Below, one piece after another: positions 1 to 13,400 of a DNA stretch of 64,000 bases; positions within the stretch are counted from its first letter, which is position 1, and the number at the start of each line of letters is the position of its first letter. The notes below the pieces were generated by a model that made no database searches, was not told the DNA's origin, and saw only the letters and a program-made list of their open reading frames with translations. Location: the NCBI GenBank assembly GCA_012295275.1, contig CM022676.1:1364001-1428000 (forward strand). The letters are read 5' to 3'. The DNA comes from Chrysomallon squamiferum. Lineage: Eukaryota > Animalia > Mollusca. Made by a program: the position numbers and the translations under genes.

Positions 1-708
1 AAACTCAAATTATTCTTGTTCGCAAAAACACAACAGTTTCCTATTATACAGAATATAAATCTGGGCAATTCAAAACAAGGACAAAAATTACAAACCCACA
101 GTGTTTGAATTCAGACTTCAGTAATAATGTAAAGGATAAAATAATAATTAAGAATGTACAAAATCTGTTATTTTTTGATTATTAATGACATTTTTTTTCA
201 CTAGGAAAGGTAAAAAAATATTAATATTAACAATAAATAAATAAATTAAAAAAAGGCCAAGTAAATGGCTGTTGATAGAAATAAGATAATGGCTATGGTT
301 TGTTACAGTACATTTCATATTTGTGCATCATTACTCACACACTTTTCTGGTGTTGAACTCAGCATGCAATAATCTTATCTTTTAAAATCCAAATGTTGTA
401 TTTTATGATATTAGCATGATAAAACAGAAAATAACAAGAATTATGATTTATATGAAATGAAATTACAACAGGCACATTTAATTTTCATTTTTATTTGCTA
501 TCTTATATCATTTTATGCTTCTTCATTAATGGCTGAAATTTATATAGTCAGCAGGAGCTGTTTTTCAGTTCAGTGAATGTGTCTTTCATTGTTGTCTCAT
601 TTCTTTCTTTTTCTGTTTGTTTGTTTATTTGGTTTTTTTGTTTAAAACAATTCAGTGATGTTATTTTTGGGTTGATAAATAAATTATAACAATTTGTTTT
701 AATTTCAG

Positions 709-870
709 ATATCCTTACTATTTTGTAAATCGAACTCTTTGCCCGATGAACCCAGAACAAAGAAAGAAAATGAGAAAGGAGCAGTCAATTTATGTAGAAT
801 TGTCAACCATGGCTCAAAATAACACTCCATTTATGTTCCAGGCAAAGTTTTTGAAAGATTTTAAAATAGG
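709..870 (+). CDS. SIDT1: SIDT exon (extracellular domain) [12 protein letters not shown]...FKIG
   Basis: tttcag acceptor, gtaatg donor, phase 2-2; RTLC motif. Confidence 0.88.
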
Positions 871-1542
871 GTAATGCAAAAATGATCTTCTTTATTACTG
901 TGTTGATCGTATGTTAGTGTATGTTCAGTTACTGAGTTTTATTTATATCTGTGTGTGTGTGGAAATATAATTTGTTTCTATATATATGTTAAGAGTATGA
1001 ACTTCACTATAGATGTTTCTGTTTTTTAGATAATAAAGTTATTAATACTGAGATTTTTTATCTTGTTAACTCTGTAGTTAATTTAATTTACAAAAAAATA
1101 AAAGGTTTCTTTCACATACATGAATACTTGGATATTTCTATTTTCCTGTGTTTCAGAAAAAATTAATAACATTATCAATTTTAACAGCCATTTATAAATT
1201 TAATATTCAAAGTTCTTTAAATTACACTGGCCTCTGTTATTTCTAATATTTCTGGTTTAAAAATAATTTTTTTGTTTCAGTCATGAGGAATCAAAAACTG
1301 TGAATATAACACCATCTGAACCTTGGTACTTCATGTACACATTTCCAAAAGGTGTGTCATCAGTTCACTTGAAAGTGAATTCATCCAGTAAGCTTTGTAT
1401 GGAAGTGTCAGTTCAAAAGATTGAGGTTTGTTTTAAACAGTATTTAAATATAGCGGTAACATATTGATTAACTTGTTCTTATTATTATAAATTAAAACTC
1501 TGATTGGTTAATTGGCATATGCGTAAATATGTTTCTATGAAG

Positions 1543-1592
<50 letters not shown>

Positions 1593-4500
1593 TGGTAATC
1601 ACATTAAAACAAAATATGTATTTTATGAAAGGAAAAATGATTGAATTTGTTTGCAGTGTCCTGTGTTTGACCTGGACAGAGATGTAGGTTTCCGTGGGAA
1701 ACATCAAACTATGACAACAAAGGCAGCCATGTTTCTGGAGGTATAAAAAATAATTCCTTTAAATTTTCTATAGAATGATAATGTTTTTTTGTTTGTTTTT
1801 TCTTGAAAATCTTTTATAATCTGAACTGACAGTTACTATTATTATTATTTTTATTAATTATTATTAAGTATTATTATTAATTGTGTTATTATTAGTCTGC
1901 TTAATAGAAATGCTATTACAGCAATAGAAAAAACATAAAATAGATATGAATAACATTATTTATACATGTGATAATATATGTGTTAATTTTGAGAAGAATT
2001 AATTATTTTTTATTATTATTATTTTTTTCTTTATCAAATAACAATGATATTAGTAAATAGTACCACAGAAGTAATCGTTATTGTAATAATAGTATTAGTA
2101 AGAAGTAGACATAGAAGTAATAATAGTAGCATTAGTAAGTAGTAACCGAAGCAGAACATTGTAGTGGCAGTTATAATACTGTTAGTAAACATGTACCACT
2201 GTAGTGGTATTGGTAGCAGTAACAGTAGCATTAGTAAGTAGGTGCTGTAACATTAATAACAGTAGTAACTTTAGCAGTAACAGTAATAACTGTAATAGTA
2301 ATATTAATAAGTAATAGCCACAGAAGTAACAGTAGTATTAGTAAGTGGTAGCCACAATAGTAGAAGTATTAGTAACTAGTAGTATTAATAAATAATAGTG
2401 ACAGTAGTAACAGTATTATTAGTAGGTAGTAGTCAGAGTAGTAACAATTATATTACTAAATAGTAATTGTTCATTTGTTCTGTTGGAATACTTTGTTTTT
2501 ATTAAAGTATTGTTTCTGTATTTTCAGCAAAGTGACAACTTGTCTGAGTCTCTGTACATTGTACTTGTTCTCAAAACACTCGACTTGGACTGTGCTGGAA
2601 TAGAAACAATCAGAGAGGCCCAAAGTCTTCGTCAAAAAAGTGTCACCGTTTATATCAAAACTGCACTGTCCAGTAAGTAATGTCCATACACACTGTTCTG
2701 TTTCGTTTTGTTTTGTTTCATTTCATTTCTCATTATTTTTATTTTTATTGTATTTTACTTATTTCATAGTTAAATTATATGACATTATATCATGCATATT
2801 GTATGTATATTATTTTAATTTATGTATATTTGAATTTCTTTTTATATAGTTAATTTAATACTGCAAGTCTTTTTTTAACTGATCAACTTTATATTATCAA
2901 ACAATAGGACTGACAGTCATAGCTATTTATCACAAGCACTGTTTAAGAAATCATTTTCTATTTATGCAGGTTCTGAATATTACAAAGCTGTTTTTGCTGC
3001 CCTTGGAGTCTTTCTGTCATTTTATGTGATTGCAGCTGTCATTGGTTGTGTCTATCATGGATGGTTTGTAAATTTTAAATTCTAATAAATGGCCTATTAA
3101 AATTATTTATAAATCCAAGATATTTATTGTTTTGACTGTCATTAAACACTATGATAGTAAAATAATACAATTACAAAACATCTGAATGCTGCCATTTTAC
3201 TTTTTTAACAACTGATAGTCTTGATATCATCACATATTTTGATTTTATGTGTGGTTTTATGTGTTATTTTTTATTTTTTTATTATATATAGTGCAGTGAA
3301 AAGTATTTTATTTAAAGAAAATTTTTATTCCATCTCAAATTATGTTTTTATGTTATCTGTAAAATTATTATCTATAATATGTCAAATTGTTTATTTTTTA
3401 TTTCATGTCAAACTATGTTTTATTTTATGTGTTTATGTCAAATTAAATTATTACATTTTTCAGTGGATGGAGCAGAGATCTTACAGATTTGACTGAAACA
3501 GAAAAAGGTAAAATAATTGAAGATTCTAAATTATTCTGTGTTTAATTCAAAATGTTCTTATTAATTTTTTAAATGCCCATTAATCAAGCCATGACATGAG
3601 AAAGATTTAAAATATTTAATGAAGAATAAAATAAATATATAGTTTTAGAACTTTTACAAATATGAATTATGTTATTTGGTCGTTCATTTAAGAATCCAGT
3701 TTTTTGTTTTAAGTTACAATTGAACAGTTACTTATTGTCTAATAAACATACATATTAAAATACTTATTTTCCTACATACTAAGTATACTTTCTATACTAT
3801 CTAATCTATCTATAATATACATTCCATGGCAGAGTAAAATCAGGGTTTGATGTTAATTTTTTTATTTACTAGACCAGTGGACTAGTATGTCTTAGAATTT
3901 ACAAGACCTGACCTAATATCAACTAGACCAAACTGTTGAATGACACAATAAACCTTAAGCTTGGATAATTTTGCTAAACTTTGCTTCATATTGCATATTA
4001 TTTGAAGAGTATTACATAATAATTAACCAATGTAACTATATTTGAATAGAACATTGAAAAAAAGCATCATATTGTAACATTTTTTTTATATTTTTGCATA
4101 TTGTACTTACGACTGAACAATATTTAACATTAAAAGTTAATGCTCATAGTCTTATTACCCTGAAATAAGCTAAACTCTCTCTGTGGCAGACAATACAATA
4201 TCAGTTCTCACAGAATATTCATATAGACTTTTCAGATGGTTTGGGATAATTCTTTCAGTTTGAGTTAGAATAGCCACCTTTGTACATGGATATTTTTACC
4301 TACATCAGTTCCATGGGAACATGCACACCATGCCACCACAGTTCCAATGCTTGTTGTGCATTGTAATCTGAAACAATTGACTTGTGCTTTGTGAAAACTG
4401 TGCCTGATGACTTTCCACATTTGATGTCAAAATTTTGTGTATTTTTGTTTGTTTGTGATGTGGATTCAGAGTGGCTTTTTATTGCATTAATCCTAAAATT

Positions 4501-5493
4501 ATTTGTACAAATCTCCGTACAGTTTCCTATTTTCTACATGGATGTACAACATGGTATCGCTTTCTTCATCCTAGTCCAGCCACGAGATCACGTCTTTCCA
4601 TTTTTGGCAGATCTGTTGTTTTCGCTTTTCTGTTTCTTATTTTTCTTCAGATTCTTCCTTACCCTTTCTTTTGTTGGACAAATCAATTTCTGGCGGGTTT
4701 TTGTCAGATGAAAATGTCATCTGCTTGATCACGACTGTAACCATGTGTAATCAACCCAGAAACGGAATCAATTGTCGTATATTTGAAAAAATCGGAAAAT
4801 ATTTATTCAAAGAATGTACACAATTGTATGTTTTGCATTTTATTGCCTTATTCCATTTATTGAACCAAAAAAAAAAAAAAAAAAAATAAAACAAAAAAAC
4901 AACAAAAAAATAACAACAAAAAAACAACAACAAAAAATTGATAGTATATACAACATTGATTTATACTAAACATTCTATATTCAGCAAATCTCGGTCGATT
5001 CCGGTCAGTCGGAACACCTCATCACATTCCACTACGTTTGTATTTCATAGAAATGTATGAGGTGTTCCAAATGTATCATGAGGTACGGAATTGACCGCGT
5101 TGTAACAAATGCTGCCTCTACAAACATGTCCACATCCGTCAGCACCAAGTCTCGATTGTTTAGTTGTTCTCTGCCCACAGCCACACCTCATGTCTAATTA
5201 TAGAACCTGGGATTTCTGCGTCCTTAGAGTAATAATTCGTGAATCCTCTGATGAATGAAAATAGAAGATATTAATGTTTGTAGGATCACTGCAGAGCAAA
5301 TTAATTCACTGTTCATATATTATTGATACGACCAGTCGGGCTAGTCACAAACAGTTGCAATTAGTCCGAACCAGCTGTTTACTTGACAACATCGTTCAGG
5401 TGTGCCTTACTGTCAAAGCCTGTAATTGTAAACATTCTGTAACAATACTATAACATTTTTGTACCCTGTTATATGCTACACAGCACTGAAAAT

Positions 5494-5539
<46 letters not shown>

Positions 5540-6008
5540 TGAAAGTACAAAGAATTGTATTGTACTTTTTATTTATACCACCAAACTTACACTTGAAGAT
5601 AATTTCAGTACTTAATTCTTAGTTTTCAAAATTATTGTATCAAAAATGTGATAACCATTGTTAACAATAATCCACTTTTTAAAGCAGACAGATTATATTT
5701 TCCCTGTTAAAATTAATTAAAAGCACACTGAATCCCTCCTTCCCACAGATAAACTACTACCCTATCATTCAATCAACCATGAAGCCAGTCCTGCCCCTTC
5801 CAGTCATTCAGGTGAGAACATTAGCTTCTTTATTTACTTCCTCCATTTGCTTGACACACTAATCTTTTCTGCAGTAATTGTTGTTTTTGTTATTATTTAC
5901 ATCTGTAAATATTTTATTATTATTATTATCATCTTCATCATCATGATTGAGGATTACCATTTTCATAATCATGAATAAATATTGTTATTATTGTTATAAT
6001 TATTATTA

Positions 6009-6049
<41 letters not shown>

Positions 6050-9000
6050 AAGTAGTAGTAACAGTAGTAATAGTAGTAGTAGTATAGAAATTAAATGTAT
6101 TTATTACTATTACACCAGTTTTCATGATTAACTGATACACATAAAAAAGCATGTTAAATTAAACTGTGTTAAAAATTAAAAAAACAGTAACAATAAGTAA
6201 AAAGATAACAAAAACTAAAAATAATAATTTAAATTATTAATTTATTTTGCACTGTTTTTGTTTTTGTTTTTATCATTTTTAATTAAAATTTTAAAGTTTT
6301 AATTATTTATTTATTTTTTATTCAGTTATAAGATTTATCATAACTTTTAAATAATTTGGTTTTTGAAAAAATCATAAAATTATAAATAATATAACAGTTT
6401 TCACAGACACTGTTTTCGATGTTCATCAGACTTTCATCTATTTTTTATATATTTATTTATTTATTACTATATTTTTTTAGTTTTAACTTGCTTATTTTTA
6501 CAAACGTAGGGGGGGGTTCTTTCTTTGTTTTATTTTTTTTTTTTTTTTAAATTACCAAATTACTAATTATTAAGATTATTGGGTGTCAGTAGTTTAATTT
6601 TGCTACTTTCCTTTCCCCTTTTTTTTTTTTCTCACTTGGTTGTTTAATTCAATTATACTACATTAAAGTTCACATAATTAGCATTTAGCTATGGTCATTT
6701 TGCTGTCTAAACAGTGTTTTCCTATTAATTTATAAAAATCTATGATATATGTGAAAAACATGTTGCAGCTAATGCAATTAAAATATATAAATTTATATAA
6801 TTGAAACAACTATCTTTTTTCTTTAACACAAATAATAACATTAATGTATTTATAGCTATAATAAAATATTTATAAATTTAATTAATTGAAACCAATTTCT
6901 TTTTTCTTTTACCATTAACACAAGTAACAACATTAATGTATTCACAGATATAATAAAATGTATTTTTGAAATAATTTGTTTTACAGATATAATCCAAGGC
7001 AGACTGATTTCGGAATCTGCACAACATTCTCAGTATGGCTCGTTAGAAAACAGACAGAAAGGTAAAATTAAAGAAACAATAATTTAACTCAACCATGATT
7101 ATTTTAATCATGAACTGAAACTTTGTGAGTTAGAGAGACCTGGTGAAAAATGCTCTGACTTTGCTTTGATTTACACTTTCCTAAAATACTTTTTACAGTT
7201 TATGAATTTGTACAATTCTCATAACCTGAGAAACAGATACATCTAACATTAAAAACATCTCACATAGGTATGTTCTTACAGAAATTATTAAGGCATATTT
7301 TGTCTTCAACCCTTATCTGAATATTCACTTACGAAAAATCACAGTTGGTGAATACTATTATATATGGGTAGTGTAAAAAAACAAACAACATAATATCATT
7401 TCAGCTTCCTCTGTTTTCTTTTTTTTTCTTTCTAATTTTAGTATATACTAAGCTTGGAACTAGTATAGTAAATATTGTTTGATTTCATTGAATTAATTAA
7501 TATAAAAAAATAAGGTAAGACATAAATGATATTAATATCATAATATGTATAATATTTAATATAGTTTTGGGGTATTATCATTTCACAAAAATTTCACAGT
7601 AAAAAGATAATAATAATAATAATATTAATAATAATAATTATGAAAAACTAGCTTTTTGCACCAATATTAACATATTCAGTATATAGTATGCAGTGTAGAG
7701 CAATGATCCTTAATTTTATTTTTCATTACCTCATATTAAATAGTTTTATACCATACTTTAAATATTAGTTATGAATAGAGATACAGGATTAATTATAAAT
7801 ATAGAGCTTTCACAAGGGTGCTCTGCTGCCCAGATTGTGAATAACCAGTAACAAGTGCAAATTCTGAATATATCTAAATTATTCTTTTTAAAGCTGTTTC
7901 GAGGTGAATTAATAGAAAATAAAGAAGACTTTTCCTCTGTTGTTTATTGCAGACATAATGTCAGGATCAAAGGAGTTGAGTCCGGTGTCATCCAGTACGT
8001 CTGACAGCGTGGTTGACGTCACGCAGCACACACACCTCGAAGACAGCACCGACATGTCAGATGTCGACTTCCTGCCTGATGCAGACCAAGAGAAACAAAT
8101 CATCAGAACTAAAGTCTGTGAATTTTTTAAATGTACTTATTTTACCACAGAGATCATTTCATCTGTTATTAATATAGAACAACACATATAACAACCAGGA
8201 ACTACTACAAATGGGATAATTTAAGATTTAGAACAGTTACAAGTGTAGACTGTGAATTACAAATGAGATAAACTTTTACATGGTTAATTTAGATAAAATA
8301 TATATCAAATGAGATAATTTAATTTAATAGGTTAATTTAGAACAAATATATAACATCTGTGAATTATTATAAATGGGATAATTTAATATGTTAATTTGGT
8401 TTAGAAGAAACTGGTAACAAAGAGAAGTCTCCTCAGTCTGTCACTGTTCATCACTTCTTCGTTCACAGACCGCCATGTTTGTCAGTGATCTTGCTAGGAA
8501 GAGTGCGAAGAGGCTGGGGAAGATGTATAAAGTTTATCACTGGAATCTGCTCACCATCGCTATTTTCTACGGGTTACCAGTAGCACAGCTTGTCATTACA
8601 TACCAAAACGTAAATTGTATATTAATTTTCATGTTAATATTCAGATAAGTCACAAGTTTCACAATAATTGAGAGATTATAAAAATTCTATAACTTTCAGT
8701 TTATTTGACACAATTTTGTACAAAACGTACAATCATAATTCCAACAACTTTGTTTTATTCACCGTCATTTTTTAAAAAGTGCTGATTTTAGGTTCATGAC
8801 AAACTAAATTTTAATTATTTATTTTAAGTTCTACAACAAACTAAATTTTAAATGTTATTTATTTTAGGTTCTGTGACAAACTAAATTTTAATTATTTATT
8901 TTAGGTTCTATGACAAACTAAATTTTCAATATTATTTATTTTAGGTTCTATGACAAACTCAATTTTAAATAATATTTATTTTAGGTTCTATGACAAACTC

Positions 9001-10026
9001 AATTTTAAATAATATTTATTTTAGGTTTTATGACAAACTAAATTTTAAATGTTATTTATTTTAGGTTCTATGACAAACTAAATTTTAAATATTATTTATT
9101 TTAGGTTCTATGACAAACTAAATTTTAAATATTATTTATTTAAGATGCTACGACTGACTGGAGATGATGATCTGTGCTACTACAACTTCAACTGTGCACA
9201 TCCTTTTGGTGTACTGAGTTCATTCAACAACGTCTTCAGCAACATCGGCTATGTCATGCTTGGCTTTCTTTTCTTATTTCTTGTCTGGAGACGGTAGGGA
9301 AATATCTCCCTTGTGCTTATTTTTAAATCAGTATTTTAAAACTGTTAATAAAGAAGATAATTAAGATTATCACATTTTGAACTAATGCAGTTGTTATTAT
9401 AATTGCATTACAGATGTAACTTCCTCAGATATGATGTGTTTTTGTTTGTTAAATATACATACCAGGATATGCATATTTCACAATGATTATTAAAAATAAA
9501 GTACAGTTTTAACAACAATCACAATAACAACATCAACATCAACACACTGGTAACACATAAATAAAAACAGCATCACATTAATCATGAAAGTCGCAATAAT
9601 TACAATAAGTTAACATTATGTGGTAACTAACAATACAGCAACTCAGTGACACAGAGAAATAACTGAAGTGTTTATTTGATTTTTCAGAGACTTGATACAC
9701 AAAAAAGTGGTAGCCTCTGATCCTCAGCTGGAAAAGGTATTTTTAAATCTTTGTTCTTGTTACAATTAATCAACTAATTAATATAATGTATCTTAAAGAA
9801 GACTGTAAGTATTTTAAATGAGAACTAAGAAACATGCTACAGAATTTTATGTCTGTTTGATATATGGTGATGAATGTAGATGTGGGTGCACTGTGTTGGT
9901 TTCAGTTATATGTACCTCAGTCACATTTCAGTATTTCTGTTATTTTTTTATTTATTAATAAAAAAAGAGAAAGATTATATGTGTTGTAAATGTGTACTTT
10001 CTGAGTATTTTGAAAGAGAGAGGGGA

Positions 10027-10102
<76 letters not shown>

Positions 10103-10389
10103 ACAGAAGTTCAACAAAACCTTGTTATGAAAAACAGATTGTAAAACTGTTTCATACAGGTGTAATATGTGTGTCTGTAAGTTGTTTTTGCTAATGTTTA
10201 AATAGACTGTGATGTGACTGATAATTAATGTTGTTTCAGTTGCTAGGAATTCCACAACACTTTGGACTGTTCTATGCAATGGGACTTGCACTTGTAATGG
10301 AGGGAATTATGAGCGCCTGTTATCATGTCTGTCCAAACTATTCAAACTTCCAGTTTGGTATGAATGTCTGTCTGTCTATCTAATCTATA

Positions 10390-10434
<45 letters not shown>

Positions 10435-13400
10435 GTCTGTCTGTCTAATCTATCTATTTATCCATCTGTCTAATCTATCTATCTCACTGTCTCTCTGTTT
10501 ATCCATCTATCTATATATACCTATAATAAACAATAAAATAAATGAGGAGCAGTTGGCATAATGTTGTTGAGTGAATGAAAGAATAAATGAAAAAATAATT
10601 GACAAAAAAAACAAGCCTGATATGTTGTAGATAGATTGTTAGATTACTTGTACAGAAAATTGTGTTTGTTTGTTTGTTTATTTATTTGTTTGTTCATTTA
10701 TTTATTTATTTATTTGTTTGTTCATTTATTTATTTATTTATTTATTTATAGATAATTTGTGAAATGCTTGTGCATGTGTGTGTGGTTATATGCGGGTGCA
10801 AAAAACAGCCAACAATTCCATTAAATAAAAAATGAATCTTCAGTGCACACCAAAGTCAATATTTATAATATCAAATATATATATATATACATATACATGA
10901 AACTGCAGATTTCTTATTGCAAATGCTATCATGGATGACTGAAAAACAAACAAGAGAATCTTCACAGAATGTTACATGACTGGCTAAGCATGTGAAATTT
11001 AGTGAAATTACTTTTCAAAATGAGATGTTTAACGATGATGAATTAGCCATTGCTTTTGCTAGTTTTAGCTTACTTCAGGCAACTGTGCGTGTGTGCCTTA
11101 CTGGTTTATTATTATTATTATTTGTTTTTCTTTTTATTATTTTATTTTTCAGTTGAATTATAGGAGAAGTCTTCATTTTATTTTAAATATGTTTGTCTGT
11201 TATAATAAATCATTTCCTTTGGAAATATTTGTTATACACCTTTCAAGGTGATCAGAAACAAGAAACAAGAAATAGAATTTACATGCTACATATTTTCAAT
11301 ACTTGTGTTATTTGAACATTTCCTTCTATGTTTTATACAGATCTCATTAACTAGTACTTTGAGACAAATTACTTTCAACAGAACTGTTTGTGCTCAATGT
11401 AGTTACATCCTTTGTAGAAAAATAATGAGAAGTAACACTGAAGGTTATAAACCCTGTTTATGGAAGGCATAGTTTTTCTATTTGCAAATATGTTAGTGTG
11501 TCTGTAGAGTGCTCATTTCTCATTCCAACCAGTGCTCTACATTTTTTATCAAATATTTAATATGTGCATTTCTGGCTGTGCTAACATACTTTCCTGTTCA
11601 AAAGTGATCAGAGCAGATTTTTATCCTTGTCTTGTTTGGCATGACACCATAACTGTGTGTTAAAACTGTCAGGTCCATCACCAAATAATCATTGTGGTCT
11701 TTTTGTAGATACATCTTTCATGTACATCATAGCCTGTCTGAATATCCTCAAAATATACCAGACGCGACATCCAGACATCAATGCCAAGGCTTACCAAACC
11801 TACTTCTTCATGGCTGTTGTCATCTTCATTGCTGTTGTTGGTGTGGTAAGTAATCAAATTTTCATAAACTTTTTTCACATACTTGTTACAGATGAAATTC
11901 ATGCTAATACGGCCTCTTCTAATAAGTAACGTTTTGATAATGGTAAATGGTTTTGTTTCAGATTTATACAAAAATAAATCATGTGATAAATATGTTTCAT
12001 GTTTACTCAGTTCTATTCAATAATGAATCTGTTTTGGCTTTACTCAGTGATAATTGTGTTCTGATTTTGCAATGATAAATATTCAGTCTGTTTGACATTT
12101 ACTTGCTGATGAATATGTTTCAGTTTTGTGTAAGGATAAATCTGTTTCATTTTTACATCATGATAAATCATCAATATGTTTCAGTTTTTTGAACACTTTT
12201 GCATTCCACCTGTTTCAGGTTTATACAACAGGTTTGGTGTGGATTACTTATGGTGTAGTTCACATGTTGGCCAGTTTGCTTCTCACTGGACAAGTTTACT
12301 ACATGGGCACATGGAAAATAGGTAATAACACTCTAAAGAGAAACCAATAAATTAAATTTACAAATCAAGTCTCCATGGTTCTTGGACAAAATCTTCAAAA
12401 CACTGAAAAGCTTTATTGAATTTTGAACTTTACTGACAACAAAACAAAATATGTTAATTCTGTATAAAATTAAAAAATAACTACAGTACACGCGTGTTTA
12501 GAAAATTAACAAACTTAATGTATCAAGATATCTGCTAGAGAGAAAAGTGAATATTATACTTCATTATTAGAAAAGGTATGTCACATTAAATGATTTCAGT
12601 AATAAATAATAAGTTAAAATCTAGTGTCTATTGTATAATGATTTTACAGTGGTCGAGGCAGAATTTATAAAGTTGTATTTCTGTTTTCATTTTTAGACCG
12701 TTATGTGTTCAGAAGAATTTTTCACATTTTTATTACTGATGGAATTCAGTGTGCCAAACCAGTTTACATGGTAACAGTTCTGAAATTTTATTTATTTATT
12801 TTTACTTGTTTATCAACCAATACAAGACATTTCTGTTTGCAGCATAACGAGACACGAGAGAGAATCTAAAGCTCTGAAGTCTGAATCTATTGTGGTGCAT
12901 CTGACATTATAGTAGCTTTTAGTTTTTGATTGCTTTATAAAAATATATAAACTACCTGCAGACTGACGAAGTTGTATAGAAAATATAAACAGGTTTCATA
13001 CATAGACTTGAATGTGCACAAAATGTAAATGGATTTCATATTCAAATTATATGCATGCATTCCTAAATCCTGAGATTTGGTAAGTGTTGTCTGTCATTCA
13101 TAACATCAGTCTTCTAGGTCAAATGGCCACTTCTGTTTTGTAAACACATTTGGCTGTTTCCCATTCCAAAGTCCAGGATGTTTTCTGTTTTGTATTTTTC
13201 TTTCTGGGAAATTTATGAAAATGACAAAAGTAGCTCATTGTATTTTCCATTCCAAAGCAATGTCTATTTTATCAATGAAATGTATTCTTTCTGAGGTGAT
13301 TTTCATATAACTTTTCCACTCTTTTTCTGTCCGATCCATAAATGGTACAGAACTGTAAAACCACAAGTAAAAATGATTTAGCATTTTATTCAGTAAACCA

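Noticed and set aside
4382-4933. Overlapping ORFs in the SIDT intron
   Set aside because: Antisense or shadow frames of the decayed hAT transposase
9880-10561. ORFs with ERERER / SLSLSL / YLSI runs
   Set aside because: Translations of (GA)n and (CTAT)n microsatellites
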